A stretch of DNA of 64,000 nucleotides from an uncultured delta proteobacterium (GCA_963778115.1 CAVZSV010000005.1:96001-160000), one strand, 5' to 3'; positions 19,372 through 29,792 are shown, counted from the first letter of the stretch. Numbers and translations are program-made. The notes: a model not told the origin generated them from the sequence alone.

Positions 19372-19874
19372 ATATCCCGACACTCTTTGACCGGTTTAAA
19401 GATTCCATCGTAGGAGTGGAAGAGGTTCAAAACGATCGACGCTTATCGTTCGTCCGGAAAGCATTCGTGAGATCGCTTCGTTCCTAAAGACGGAAGCTGC
19501 GCCGCGTTTTGAAACACTGATGGATCTTTTCGCAATGGATTACCTGAAATATGAGACCGAAACTCCCCAGCGCTTTGCCGTAGTCTATATTTTTTATTCT
19601 CTGGAGTTCCCATGAACATCTACGCCTTAAGGCTTATCTTCCAGAGAAAACACCCGGAGCCGATCCTGAAATCGATTCGATTCAAGACATTTATATCGCG
19701 GCCAACTGGACCGAAAGGGAGGCGTGGGATCTCTTTGGGATTACGTTTAAGGGCCATCCCAATTTGGTGAGAATTCTTTGCCATACCGAATTTGTTGGTC
19801 ATCCTCTTCGAAAGGATTATCCCTCGGATCAGTACCAGCGGCTCAAAACGGCCGCTCCATCTTCGGGATTTTAA
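19340..19874 (+). pseudogene. nuoC: NADH-quinone oxidoreductase subunit C (copy 1), three frameshifts (real or sequencing error)
   Basis: Pieces [22 protein letters not shown] and [27 protein letters not shown]...GHPLRKDYP; indels near 19377, 19437 and 19610. Confidence 0.88.
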
Positions 19875-19877
19875 CTC

Positions 19878-21128
19878 ATGCTCGAAACACAAACGGAATT
19901 TCTAAGCATCTGACCGACAACGAGTGCAGCGACGAAATCACTCGAAGCGCACGACAGGCCTTTGATGCGACTCAACATCGGACCTTCGCACCCGGCGACT
20001 CACGGAACGCTACGAATCTTTGTGGGGCTTGAGGGCGAAATTATCCGTGAGATGAAGCTTGAGATCGGCTACTTGCACCGCTGCTTTGAAAAGATGGCGG
20101 AGACTCATACCTGGAATCAGGTCATCCCCTTCACGGACAGGCTCAACTACTGCTCAGCGATGATGAATAACGTGGGCTATGTGATGGCGGTGGAAAAGCT
20201 TTTAGGAATCGAAGTTCCTAAAAGGTGTCAGCGTATCCGAGTCATTATCTCCGAGCTCTCTCGCATCATCGATCATTTGGTTTGCATTGGGGCTAATGCT
20301 GTCGACGTGGGCGCTCTTACCTGTTTTTGGTATTTTTTTCGCGAACGTGAAAATGTGTACGATCTTTTTGAAGCAGCCTGCGGAGCTCGGTTGACCACTA
20401 GCTATACCCGAGTCGGTGGTCTCTATAAGGACCTTCCCGAAGGTTGGATCGAATGGGCTAAGAAAGTCGTCGACAATATGCCTCGCACGCTGGACGACGT
20501 CGAAGGGCTTCTTAGCACCAACCGTATTTGGATCGATCGCACGATGGGAGTTGCCCCCCTGAGCAAGGAACGAGCACTGGAGTACGGGTTTACGGGACCT
20601 TGTTTGCGCGCCAGCGGAGTGGCTCATGATATTCGTAAAGTCCATCCCTACTATGATTACGATAAGTTTGAGTGGGATGTCGTCAGCGAAACTGCAGGAG
20701 ATACTTACGCGCGTTACTTGGTTCGTATCGGCGAGATGCACCAGAGCATTCGTATTTTAAAACAGGCATTGAAGGATGTTCCTGAAGGGCCTGTGAACGT
20801 TGACGATTGGTCTGTAGTACTTCCCCCTAAAGAGATGGTCTACCAGGAGACCGGAAGCATCGAAGGATTGATGGCGCATTTTAAATTAATCATGCATGGA
20901 ATTAGACCGCCGCAAGGAGAGGTCTATTCTTGTACCGAGGCTGCTAATGGAGAGCTTGGCTTTTTCATCGGGAGTAACGGCGAAGGAAGGCCTTATCGGG
21001 TTCGGGTCCGGCCACCCTGTTTTGCGATCTACCAGGCGTTTCCGGAAATGTGCATTGGACAAACGGTGTCGGATGCGGTCGCGGCCCTAGGAAGTCTTAA
21101 TATTGTGGCGGGAGAGCTAGATCGATGA
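19878..21128 (+). CDS. nuoD: NADH-quinone oxidoreductase subunit D (copy 1)
   Basis: NIGPSHPATHGTLR, GYLHR, GELDR. ATG 19878 is in frame but interrupted by TGA at 19911; the ORF is intact from 19962. Confidence 0.93.
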
Positions 21129-21640
21129 CGAGCGTTGAATTTACTCCAGAGAATAAGAGTCGGTTTGAGAAGACGGTCGCTAAGTACGAACAGGCTCAAA
21201 GTGCTTTGATGCCCACTCTGTACATTGCGCAAGAGCAATTTGGGTTTCTCTCGCCTCCGGTCTTGGATTATGTCGCTAAGCTTTTGAACATTCCCGTAGC
21301 ACATGCTTATGAAGTGGTGAGCTTTTACGGAATGTATAAGAAAAAGGACATGGGCCGCTATTGTCTTCAAGTGTGCAATAACGTGACGTGCACAATGCGA
21401 GGATCGGAAGATCTATTGGCCGTTGTTAAAGAGGAATTAGGGCTCTCGCCTAACGAGATGACCGCGGATAAGAAATTTAGTCTGATTAACGTGCAGTGTT
21501 TGGGATCTTGCGATACGGCACCCGTGGTTCAGGTGAACGAAGACTATGTCGAAAAATTAAACCCGCAGAAGTTTAGAGAGTACCTAAGAAAACTCAAAGG
21601 AACCAGTACCGCCCAGCCGGAAGAGACGGTGACCCCATGA
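21125..21640 (+). CDS. nuoE: NADH-quinone oxidoreductase subunit E
   Basis: VCNNVTC...CLGSC 2Fe-2S ligands. Confidence 0.95.
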   Translation: MTSVEFTPENKSRFEKTVAKYEQAQSALMPTLYIAQEQFGFLSPPVLDYVAKLLNIPVAHAYEVVSFYGMYKKKDMGRYCLQVCNNVTCTMRGSEDLLAVVKEELGLSPNEMTADKKFSLINVQCLGSCDTAPVVQVNEDYVEKLNPQKFREYLRKLKGTSTAQPEETVTP

Positions 21641-22923
21641 AGATTCTTGCACCAGAACGTCGGATTCTGACCAGAAACATCGACGTCCCTAAGCTTAACA
21701 CGCTTTCGGTTTATGAGTCGCAGGGCGGCTATCGCACCTTAAAGAAAGCATTGGGCATGACTCCTGATGCCATCATTAATGAAGTGAAGGCTAGCGGTTT
21801 GAGAGGCCGAGGCGGGGCCGGATTTCCCACTGGAAATAAATGGAGCTTTGTTCCTTTTGGCAGTGGTAAGCCGATCTATCTTTTGTGTAACGCGGATGAA
21901 TCTGAGCCAGGAACGTTTAAAGACAGGGTGATTCTCGAAAAAAATCCGCATTTACTCATTGAAGGGATCGCAATCGCTTCTTTCGCGGTACGTTGCCATA
22001 AAAGCTACATCTATATTCGTGGCGAGTACGCTCATGCGGCACGAATTATTGAACGCGCCATCGAAGAGGCCTACGTCAAAGGCTATCTTGGGAAAAATAT
22101 TTTAGGCAGCCAGCATACGATCGATCTCGTGCTGCATCGAGGGGCGGGAGCCTACATCTGCGGAGAAGAGACCGGACTTATTTCGTCGTTGGAAGGGAAA
22201 AAGGGGTATCCCAAATTAAAGCCTCCGTTTCCTGCCGTGTCTGGGTTTTTGGGCTGTCCCACGGTGGTTAATAATGTCGAGACACTGGCGACGGTACCTT
22301 GGATTATCGAGCACGGGGCCGCCGAATATGTGAAGTACGGAACAGAAACAGGAAAGGGAACGAGACTTTTCTGCTTAAGTGGCTGGGTCAACAAACCCGG
22401 TACTTATGAAGAAGAGATAGGAATCCCTCTTAAAGATTTCATCGAATACCACGGCGGCGGGCTTATTGACGGAGCCAAGATCAAGGCCGTTATTCCAGGA
22501 GGCAGTTCTACTCCTCCCCTAAATGCCGCCGATGTCGAGAATGCCAAGCTTGATTACGATTCAATGGCAAAGTTAGGCACGTTCTTGGGATCGGGCGGGA
22601 TCATCGTGATTCCCGAGCACTATCCCTTGATTAAAATTTTGGAACGCATCGCTGAGTTCTATTGGGATGAATCTTGCGGACAGTGCACTCCGTGTCGAGA
22701 AGGAACGGGCTGGCTGTATAAGATGGTCGATCAGATCATGCACGGGAAAGGATCCCAGCGTGAGATCGACGACATGAAAAAGACGGCCAAGAACATGATG
22801 GGGGCTACCATCTGTGCTCTTTCCGATGCAGCAGCCATGCCCGTACTTGGATTTCTTAACAAATTTCCCGACGAGTTTTCGGCGTACTTGAAACAAAGAG
22901 AGGGGCACGCGAACAATGCCTGA
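21637..22923 (+). CDS. nuoF: NADH-quinone oxidoreductase subunit F
   Basis: GLRGRGGAGFPTG, NADESEPG, YICGEET, ESCGQCTPCREG. Confidence 0.97.
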   Translation: MKILAPERRILTRNIDVPKLNTLSVYESQGGYRTLKKALGMTPDAIINEVKASGLRGRGGAGFPTGNKWSFVPFGSGKPIYLLCNADESEPGTFKDRVILEKNPHLLIEGIAIASFAVRCHKSYIYIRGEYAHAARIIERAIEEAYVKGYLGKNILGSQHTIDLVLHRGAGAYICGEETGLISSLEGKKGYPKLKPPFPAVSGFLGCPTVVNNVETLATVPWIIEHGAAEYVKYGTETGKGTRLFCLSGWVNKPGTYEEEIGIPLKDFIEYHGGGLIDGAKIKAVIPGGSSTPPLNAADVENAKLDYDSMAKLGTFLGSGGIIVIPEHYPLIKILERIAEFYWDESCGQCTPCREGTGWLYKMVDQIMHGKGSQREIDDMKKTAKNMMGATICALSDAAAMPVLGFLNKFPDEFSAYLKQREGHANNA

Positions 22924-24532
22924 CGCAAAAATAGTAAAAATTCAGATCAACGGGAAGGCTTTGGAAGTAAAGGCGGGCACCCCGGTGATACAGGCCGCCG
23001 AAGAGGCGGGGGTTTTCATTCCTCGGTACTGTTACCATCCGGATCTTTCTATTGCTGGTGTCTGCCGCATGTGCGTGTGCGAGATTGAAAAAAATCCCAG
23101 ACTTCAAATTTCATGCAACACCATGGTCGCCGAGGGAATGGTCATTCGAACCGATACTCCCAAGGTAAAAGATGCCGTAAAGTCGGCTTTGGAACTGCAT
23201 CTCATTAACCATCCTTTGGATTGTCCTATTTGCGATAAAGCGGGTGAGTGCAAATTACAGGACTTTTATGCGGACTTTGGTCTGTACCAGAGCCGAATGG
23301 AATACGACGCCAAGAACCACAAACCCAAAGCGCAGGATATCGGGACCATTATGCTCGATTCCGAGCGCTGTATTTTGTGCACTCGGTGCGTTCGGTTCAC
23401 AGCGGAAGTGACTAAGAGCTACGAACTAGGAATTTTTAATCGAGGCGATAGAAGCGAACTTAGAACTTATGATAAAGGCCCTTTAAGAAATGACTACACC
23501 GGAAATTTGGCTGACATCTGTCCCGTAGGGGCATTGACGGCGAAAGACTTTCGCTTCGCCCAACGGGTTTGGTTTTTGGATAAAGCCTCTAGCATCTGTA
23601 CGCTTTGTTCGAGAGGCTGTAACACAACGGTGTCGGTAAACCCCCAAACCAAAAAGCTCTATCGGGTCGAGCCCAGGCGAAATACCGAAGTGAATTCGAG
23701 CTGGATCTGTGACCAGGGCCGTTGGGGTTATCACTATGTCTCCGATGAGACACGGCTTAAGAATCCTAAGACCAGGGTTAACGGAAATGTTATCGACGCT
23801 ACTTGGGAGGCTGCGTTTCAGGTAATGGCGCAAGCAGTGCAAGAGCAGCCTAAAAAGATTCTGGTGGGCCTTAGTACCCAGCTTACTAACGAAGAGATTT
23901 TAGATCTGGTAGGGACTTTTAAGGGCAAGGGGATAGAAAACTTCACTTGGCTAGTGGATGAAAAGGTCGTGGGTGAAAAAGCCCCCTACGATCAAATCCT
24001 TCGCCACAGGGATTCGACACCCAATGCCGCGGGTTTTGAATGGGTAATGCAGGGTGAGAAGTGGCTCAAACAATCCGAAGCGCTCTTACAAGCCCAGTCT
24101 TTCGACTGGATATGGCTTTTCGGACTCGAAGGCCACGACCATTCGTGGTGGCCGGGCTTTGCAAGTCGTCTTCCCAAGACGGCCAAACTTTTCGTGCATA
24201 CGACCTCGGATTTGCCTCTTTGGGAATCGGCCCAGTGGATAGTGCCTAACACCTCGGCCTACGAAAAGACGGGGACGATGGTGAGCATTTTGGGAAGGCT
24301 TCAGAAGGTGAACCCCGCTCTTCCAGCACAGTACACTTCGCGAGATGGCCACTCGGTGGCGTTTGGCATTGAAAAAGGAAATGATAGAACTCCCATGCCA
24401 GCGGGCCGCGCTCAGACCTTTTACGAGAACGTAGTGCTTAAAAAATTATCATCCGCTGTAGTACCCAAATGGCGAGGGTTCGAGCCTAAAGGAGTTGCTT
24501 TGAAAGAGAGTACGTCGCATGCCCAGGCCTAA
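22916..24532 (+). CDS. nuoG: NADH-quinone oxidoreductase subunit G (short form)
   Basis: PRYCYH, CRMC, HPLDCPICDKAGEC, CILCTRC, CTLCSRGC. Confidence 0.93.
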   Translation: MPDAKIVKIQINGKALEVKAGTPVIQAAEEAGVFIPRYCYHPDLSIAGVCRMCVCEIEKNPRLQISCNTMVAEGMVIRTDTPKVKDAVKSALELHLINHPLDCPICDKAGECKLQDFYADFGLYQSRMEYDAKNHKPKAQDIGTIMLDSERCILCTRCVRFTAEVTKSYELGIFNRGDRSELRTYDKGPLRNDYTGNLADICPVGALTAKDFRFAQRVWFLDKASSICTLCSRGCNTTVSVNPQTKKLYRVEPRRNTEVNSSWICDQGRWGYHYVSDETRLKNPKTRVNGNVIDATWEAAFQVMAQAVQEQPKKILVGLSTQLTNEEILDLVGTFKGKGIENFTWLVDEKVVGEKAPYDQILRHRDSTPNAAGFEWVMQGEKWLKQSEALLQAQSFDWIWLFGLEGHDHSWWPGFASRLPKTAKLFVHTTSDLPLWESAQWIVPNTSAYEKTGTMVSILGRLQKVNPALPAQYTSRDGHSVAFGIEKGNDRTPMPAGRAQTFYENVVLKKLSSAVVPKWRGFEPKGVALKESTSHAQA

Positions 24533-25025
24533 CGAGAAATCCAAGTACAAGCTTCCTATTGGACAGCGGGTGTACCTTATTGCCTTACTGCAAGGAATGG
24601 CTATCACCGCGAAACACTTTTTTAGGAATCTCTTAAATCCCCGCAAAATGCCCACCATCATGTATCCCGAACAGCGGCGCGGTTATTCCAAGCGGTTTCG
24701 CGGATTGCAGATCATGACGGTGAAGGAGAACGGGGAGATTCGTTGCACGGCCTGCATGCTTTGTGCAACCGCTTGTCCCGCGGCCTGCATTCATATCACC
24801 GCCGCAGAGCACCCCGATCCGCATGTGGAGAAGTTTCCTCGAGAGTTTAACATTGATATGCTGCGCTGCGTGTTTTGTGGCATGTGCGAAGAGGCCTGTC
24901 CTGTGGACGCCATTCGGATGGGGCCAACGTACGAACTGGCGAGCTTTGATCGCAGTGACTTCATCTACACCAAAGAGGATTTGATGAAGCACGGCAATTA
25001 CACATTGAGTAGAATGCCGCGCTAG
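24519..25025 (+). CDS. nuoI: NADH-quinone oxidoreductase subunit I (copy 1)
   Basis: TIMYPEQ, CTACMLCATACP, CVFCGMCEEACP. Confidence 0.94.
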   Translation: MPRPNEKSKYKLPIGQRVYLIALLQGMAITAKHFFRNLLNPRKMPTIMYPEQRRGYSKRFRGLQIMTVKENGEIRCTACMLCATACPAACIHITAAEHPDPHVEKFPREFNIDMLRCVFCGMCEEACPVDAIRMGPTYELASFDRSDFIYTKEDLMKHGNYTLSRMPR

Positions 25026-25063
25026 TTTTACGCACGCCGCATAGCGTTTCTTCTCTCCGTTAT

Positions 25064-25114
25064 CGCGAGGCGAAGCCGACCTGTCGCGCCGTAGCCTTGG
25101 GCGAAGGGGGAAGC
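25064..25114. repeat. REP-like palindromic element
   Basis: CGCGAGGCGAAGCCG and CCTGTCGCGCCGTAGCCTTGGGCGAAGG, GCGAAG-loop mini-hairpins downstream of the operon. Confidence 0.45.
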
Positions 25115-25246
25115 GAGCTGTCGCCCTCACTTTAAATGGCCCGCGTCGAAGGCTACTTCCGTGCGCCAGCGAAATACATTTGTAGATCATTGAAAATATT
25201 ACTATAATAATTATGTATTCTTTCCCCCTGAAGATAAGGAGCAACC

Positions 25247-25606
25247 ATGACACTCACGAAGGCAGAGCTCATCGACTCTGTTTACGAGAAGGTGGGGTTT
25301 TCGAAGAAAGAGGCCGCCGATCTCGTCGAACTCGTTTTTGAGAGTATGAAAGAGGAATTATGCAAGGGCGGGACGATTAAGATCTCCGGTTTCGGAAAAT
25401 TTCGCGTCCGATCGAAGAAGGCTCGGATGGGAAGAAATCCGCAGACAGGCGAAGCGATGGTCATCTCGGCGCGCAAAGTGCTCACTTTTACTCCCAGTCG
25501 CATTCTCCGTGACGGAATTAACGGTAAATCCGCAGCGTTGCCAAGTTCGGTCACTGAAGGAAGTGCGGATGATCACGATGACGACGAAGCAGAGTCGGGC
25601 GGCTGA
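25247..25606 (+). CDS. ihfA: Integration host factor subunit alpha with acidic C-terminal tail
   Basis: MTLTKAEL, KISGFGKF, GRNPQTGE. Confidence 0.9.
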   Translation: MTLTKAELIDSVYEKVGFSKKEAADLVELVFESMKEELCKGGTIKISGFGKFRVRSKKARMGRNPQTGEAMVISARKVLTFTPSRILRDGINGKSAALPSSVTEGSADDHDDDEAESGG

Positions 25607-25629
25607 CGCTCATAGCCCTGCTGGATCAT

Positions 25630-27357
25630 TTGCCCGTTGGGTTTAAGCGGAGTATTAGTGAAGTCGTGAGAATCTTTTTTGCTTTACGAAAGCCCGGCGC
25701 GTCGCTGGGCTTTCTTTTTTTTCTGTTGTCTTGGTTCATACCGGGATACCAACTAGATGCGGCGTCGTTTCTAGATCCTAAATTCGAACAATTGGATATT
25801 GCGGCCCTTTCCTCCCATGACGCGGTTGCCGCATGGGAAATCACCCAATTTAATCTGTTTCTTTACGAGGCCCACGCGCTAAGACAAGAAATTCACCAGA
25901 GCCGCCATTTCCTAGATCTTGCTAGCGACGGTTGTGAAACGCTTCAAGCGGAGGCCTTCGCGAGTATTGCCGATGAACAGGGGAAAGGGATGGCTGAGTT
26001 AACGTGTGCCATCGTTAACGCCGAATTGACGCGATTTACGAATAGCCCCTTTCGTTGGCTGCACCTTTCGCAGAGTGCTCTTTCTGATTTGGATTTGGCG
26101 CGTAAAACGCCGGTAAGCCGTACCGAGCATTGGTACGCTGAAGGCAGAGTGCTATTTACTCTTCCCCCCGCCTCAGGACAAAACTTTGGCAGAAGTCTAG
26201 TGGATCTCCAGTTCTTGTATCGTATTCGAAGCGACGTCTCTTCTCCGATGTTCTGGTTGGCAAGAGCGTACCAGGTCCAAGGTAATCTAACGAAATCCCG
26301 CGAGATGTTCCAACTGGCGCTTTCGGCGAAGCCCCCGGACGTCAGGGCAAAATATTTTTTTGGCGATGATTTTATCGATTTAAAACGTGTCGATGATGGT
26401 TTGGGATATGGTTTTGGCCCCCAACTCTTTGTCTCTCCGGTACAAGGGATTGGACTATCGCTTTCCGTCTTTGACGATCGCATCGCCGACAAAGATCGTT
26501 CTGCCCAGGCGAAGGTGAGTGGAGGTTCCCGGGGATACTTCGGATTGGGCGGCAGTGCTCAAGATAGGGTTTGGCTCTCTCCCTATGAGCTTAGTGTCAG
26601 CACCCAATCCTCTTACGGTCCTGAGGACTTTTATGGCTTCGGAAGTCAAACGCAGCCCGGTGATATTACTCAAATTACCACCGAGCGGTTTGTGGTGAGT
26701 GTAGGCGCCAAGGCAGATTTTTTAGACAATTTCTATTTTTCTCTGGGATGGCGACTTGCTCAAATGAACGTAGTATCGGGTACGGCCCCTGCGGGGATTG
26801 TCGTCAATGCCGCCTATTCGGGTCCTTATGCGGAGTTAGGCGTAGACACAAGAGACAGCGCGTACCTGCCACGAACCGGGCTACAGGTGTTTGCCAAAGG
26901 TTATTTTCCCACCTCGATGCTATTGAGTGGGGTCACGTTTCAGGAATTTTGGTTTGGCGCGGAACAGTACACCGCTTTGGGTCTCAATCACGTGCTCTCG
27001 GTCCACGGGCGAATGGCAACGACTACGGGAAATGTTCCCTTTGGCGAAATTCCAAGATTGGGCGTCGGGTTCTCTTTTCCCGGAGCAAGGCCGGGGAGGT
27101 TGGAAGATAGGACTCTAGTTGCGGCATGGACGGAATACCGTTATCGCGTGTGGGGACCCTTGCAGCTGTTGGCGTTTGGTTCTACCGCTACCGCGGCAAG
27201 TGACTTGAGTGGACTGTCGTCGGCAAATTGGAGATTGGGTGCCGGCGGTGGCTTGGTATGGCAGACCGCCATTGAGTCTTCAAAGTTTATACGCTTTGAG
27301 GTAGGGACGTTTGCCGGCGAGACGGTGGTGCAGGCAATGGGGGGGCGGTCTTTCTAA
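25630..27357 (+). CDS. TPR-like domain fused to an Omp85 (BamA/TamA-type) beta-barrel
   Basis: Helical repeats (FWLARAYQVQG), DTRDSAYLPRTG barrel motif, terminal Phe; start uncertain. Confidence 0.7.
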   Translation: MPVGFKRSISEVVRIFFALRKPGASLGFLFFLLSWFIPGYQLDAASFLDPKFEQLDIAALSSHDAVAAWEITQFNLFLYEAHALRQEIHQSRHFLDLASDGCETLQAEAFASIADEQGKGMAELTCAIVNAELTRFTNSPFRWLHLSQSALSDLDLARKTPVSRTEHWYAEGRVLFTLPPASGQNFGRSLVDLQFLYRIRSDVSSPMFWLARAYQVQGNLTKSREMFQLALSAKPPDVRAKYFFGDDFIDLKRVDDGLGYGFGPQLFVSPVQGIGLSLSVFDDRIADKDRSAQAKVSGGSRGYFGLGGSAQDRVWLSPYELSVSTQSSYGPEDFYGFGSQTQPGDITQITTERFVVSVGAKADFLDNFYFSLGWRLAQMNVVSGTAPAGIVVNAAYSGPYAELGVDTRDSAYLPRTGLQVFAKGYFPTSMLLSGVTFQEFWFGAEQYTALGLNHVLSVHGRMATTTGNVPFGEIPRLGVGFSFPGARPGRLEDRTLVAAWTEYRYRVWGPLQLLAFGSTATAASDLSGLSSANWRLGAGGGLVWQTAIESSKFIRFEVGTFAGETVVQAMGGRSF

Positions 27358-27367
27358 CTATTACGGA

Positions 27368-27393
27368 TTAACCCTAACCTTAACCTTAACCTT
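27368..27393. repeat. Short tandem hexamer repeat (TAACCT)n
   Basis: TTAACCCTAACCTTAACCTTAACCTT between convergent genes. Confidence 0.6.
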
Positions 27394-27403
27394 CATCCAT
27401 AGA

Positions 27404-28540
27404 TTAAGGCGCAATCGTCGCTTCGTATTTAAACTTACCATCCTTCACTTTCATGATTACCGTGGGTTTGATAGCATCGCGATGTTCGTCTATAGTGATT
27501 TTTCCGGTGACTCCAGGAAAGTCTTTTGTCTTTGCCAAGGCGTCTCGAATTCCGACGGGTGTAATCTCTTTTAAACGTTTCATCGCGGCCGCGAGGATTT
27601 TCGCGGCATCATAACCCAGAGCCGCTGGGGCAGAGGGGATCTCTTTGTATTTGCTTTGGTAGCGCTGAATGAAACTCTTAACTTGGGGTTCCTGGCTTTC
27701 AGAGGAGTAATGGGTTGAAAAGTAACCTCCCTCAATGGCCGGGCCACCCAGCGTGATCAGTTCCGGCGCATCCCAAGCGTCGCCTCCGAGTAGAGGAACT
27801 TTCAGTCCTAGCTCGCGCGCCTGTCTTGCAATGAGGCCAGCCTCGACGTAGTAGCCGGTCAGGAAAATGGCATCCGGAGCTTGTTCGCGAATGGCGACAA
27901 GTTGAGAGCGAAAGTCGACATCCCCTGCGGTGTAAGTCTGATTGGCGACTATTTTTCCTCCTAGTTCCGTGTACTTCTTGATGAAGAATTCAGCCAACCC
28001 AAGGCTGGCGTCACTGTTTAGGTCCTTCATAATAGCGACACGCTTCAAATGAAGTTTATCCATGACAAATTTGGCGAGAACTGCCCCCTGGAAGGAGTCG
28101 ATGTAGCACACGCGGAATATGTAATCGCCGAGTTGAGTCACTTTAACGTTAGTGGCCCAAGGGCTAATCATGGGGATTTTTTGACTTTGGGCGATGGGAG
28201 CCATGGCGAGAGCCTTTGAACTTTGGGATTCTCCCAAAACCGCGACTACCTTGTTCAGAGTAATTAGCTTAGTGGCGGCAAGAACAGCTTCGGTAGACTT
28301 TCCTTGATCGTCCAAGGAAAAAAGTTCAATGGGCCGGCCATTGATTCCGCCATTCTTATTTATTTCTTCCACGGCAAGCACGATTCCTCGGTCCACGGCG
28401 GTCCCGTAGGCAGCATCGGCACCCGTGAGAGCGTCGACATGGCCCACTCGAATAGGTTCTGCTTTAGCGGCGGCTACACTTTGATTTCCGATCATCAAGG
28501 GTAGAAAAAAGATCGCAATCGCTAGGGAAACTGGCTTCAT
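27404..28540 (-). CDS. Branched-chain amino acid ABC transporter substrate-binding protein (LivJ/K family)
   Basis: Signal peptide, LAVEEINKNGGINGR, YIFRVC, GYDA. Confidence 0.92.
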   Translation of the reverse strand: MKPVSLAIAIFFLPLMIGNQSVAAAKAEPIRVGHVDALTGADAAYGTAVDRGIVLAVEEINKNGGINGRPIELFSLDDQGKSTEAVLAATKLITLNKVVAVLGESQSSKALAMAPIAQSQKIPMISPWATNVKVTQLGDYIFRVCYIDSFQGAVLAKFVMDKLHLKRVAIMKDLNSDASLGLAEFFIKKYTELGGKIVANQTYTAGDVDFRSQLVAIREQAPDAIFLTGYYVEAGLIARQARELGLKVPLLGGDAWDAPELITLGGPAIEGGYFSTHYSSESQEPQVKSFIQRYQSKYKEIPSAPAALGYDAAKILAAAMKRLKEITPVGIRDALAKTKDFPGVTGKITIDEHRDAIKPTVIMKVKDGKFKYEATIAP

Positions 28541-28600
28541 GGGACTCCTTATGCGGGTAATTCACTTCAATGTGAAGCGACGTGTCAATTGAATAGGCGG

Positions 28601-29707
28601 TTAAGCGACAGGGGCTAAAAACTTTCTTAGCTCTGCATCCTGTCGCTCCGCATCTTTTCTTCCCAACTCCAAAAGGGCTTTGACGTAGCCGGGACTGAAC
28701 ATCAAGTAGCTTAAAAGATCTCCCAGCTCTTCGGGTTCCGCCGTAGTCTTTAGCAGCTGTCGGAAATGGAAGGGGACTTCGCTCAAAAAATCTTTAGCAA
28801 GAACTCCTAAGTCGACACTCGGGCGCACGAGGCAAACGGGAACATAGGCCGGAGACTCAGGACCTACGAATTCGTTAATACGACAAATATTTTCGTAATC
28901 AAACTCAAGACTATCTAGAAAAATGGAATTTAGTACCGTCCCTGCCACAAATCCTAAACTAAGATGGTCAGGCCGATGTTCTTGAATGACGGGAATGGGG
29001 TTGGGGCAGCGAATGCCTATCGCAATCAGATGAGAAGCTCCCAAGTGGATGGCGGGACTAAAAGGAAAACTAAAACGAAGCGAACCATCGCCGAAAATGG
29101 CCTTCCCAATCGGAACGGGTTCGAAAAGTATCGGAATAGAACAGGATGCCATGATATGGCGGATGCGAAGCGAGTGGCGTGCCGAGTTTCTGCGCTCTCT
29201 TGCCCAAGGGGGTATCGGTTTTTCGGAATCAAAGAAAGTGGTGGTCGAGCCGTCGAGGTAATTGGTGGCCGTAACGGCAACCCCTCTCACTAGCCCCTGG
29301 CGAACGGCACGCCTTATTTTCCAGAAATGAATATGCGTCAGCAGCGTTGCGGCCAGAGGGCTTGCATCCAGCAAGGACTTGAGAAGCAGACGTCTAGTCA
29401 CTTTAGAAACCGACATGTCGTAGATCCAGCGTAAAAGCATTCGGGCCATGGAGTTGAAATTGGTCTTAAAGACCTGATCGAAGGTAAGTTGCTCCCAAAG
29501 CCGATACGCATCTGCCGTCGATTTCTGAGGAGATTCTCCCTGGGCCAAAAAAGCCGCATTGATGGAGCCAGCAGAGATTCCGGTGAAGATAGTGGGCTTA
29601 AAGTCGGGACAGTGGGCTCCTAAATGGCTTAAGACGCCGACTTGGTAAGCGGCTCTTGCACCGCCCGCGCTTAGGACAAGACCCAGATCCGATCTCGATT
29701 TTTTCAT
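28601..29707 (-). CDS. Patatin-like phospholipase
   Basis: AGGARAAYQVG, GISAG nucleophile elbow, DGS. Confidence 0.9.
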   Translation of the reverse strand: MKKSRSDLGLVLSAGGARAAYQVGVLSHLGAHCPDFKPTIFTGISAGSINAAFLAQGESPQKSTADAYRLWEQLTFDQVFKTNFNSMARMLLRWIYDMSVSKVTRRLLLKSLLDASPLAATLLTHIHFWKIRRAVRQGLVRGVAVTATNYLDGSTTTFFDSEKPIPPWARERRNSARHSLRIRHIMASCSIPILFEPVPIGKAIFGDGSLRFSFPFSPAIHLGASHLIAIGIRCPNPIPVIQEHRPDHLSLGFVAGTVLNSIFLDSLEFDYENICRINEFVGPESPAYVPVCLVRPSVDLGVLAKDFLSEVPFHFRQLLKTTAEPEELGDLLSYLMFSPGYVKALLELGRKDAERQDAELRKFLAPVA

Positions 29708-29792
29708 TCGTCCTATTGTACCCCCACACCCCGGGAGTCGTCACCGTCCCAACATGTCATCCCCCAAGAAGGTAGGGCCGTACCTTCTTGGG

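Noticed and set aside
19385..19391. prfB-like CTTTGAC in frame in nuoC1, as a programmed +1 frameshift
   Set aside because: No internal SD upstream, and two further indels would still break the gene; an extra C in TATCCCGA explains it equally well
19911..19913. In-frame TGA in the nuoD N-terminus as selenocysteine or recoding
   Set aside because: Non-conserved region with no Cys equivalent, no convincing SECIS hairpin, and TGA is used as stop throughout the window
22916..24532. Short NuoG as a truncated pseudogene
   Set aside because: All Fe-S motifs are present and it overlaps nuoI cleanly; shortened C-terminal regions are a known variant
24633..25253. 206-aa antisense ORF and the many other shadow ORFs in the track
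   Set aside because: They overlap well-supported genes on the other strand or frame and show no motifs
27368..27393. TAACCT repeat as telomere-like or eukaryotic contamination
   Set aside because: Only about four units, embedded between intact bacterial genes
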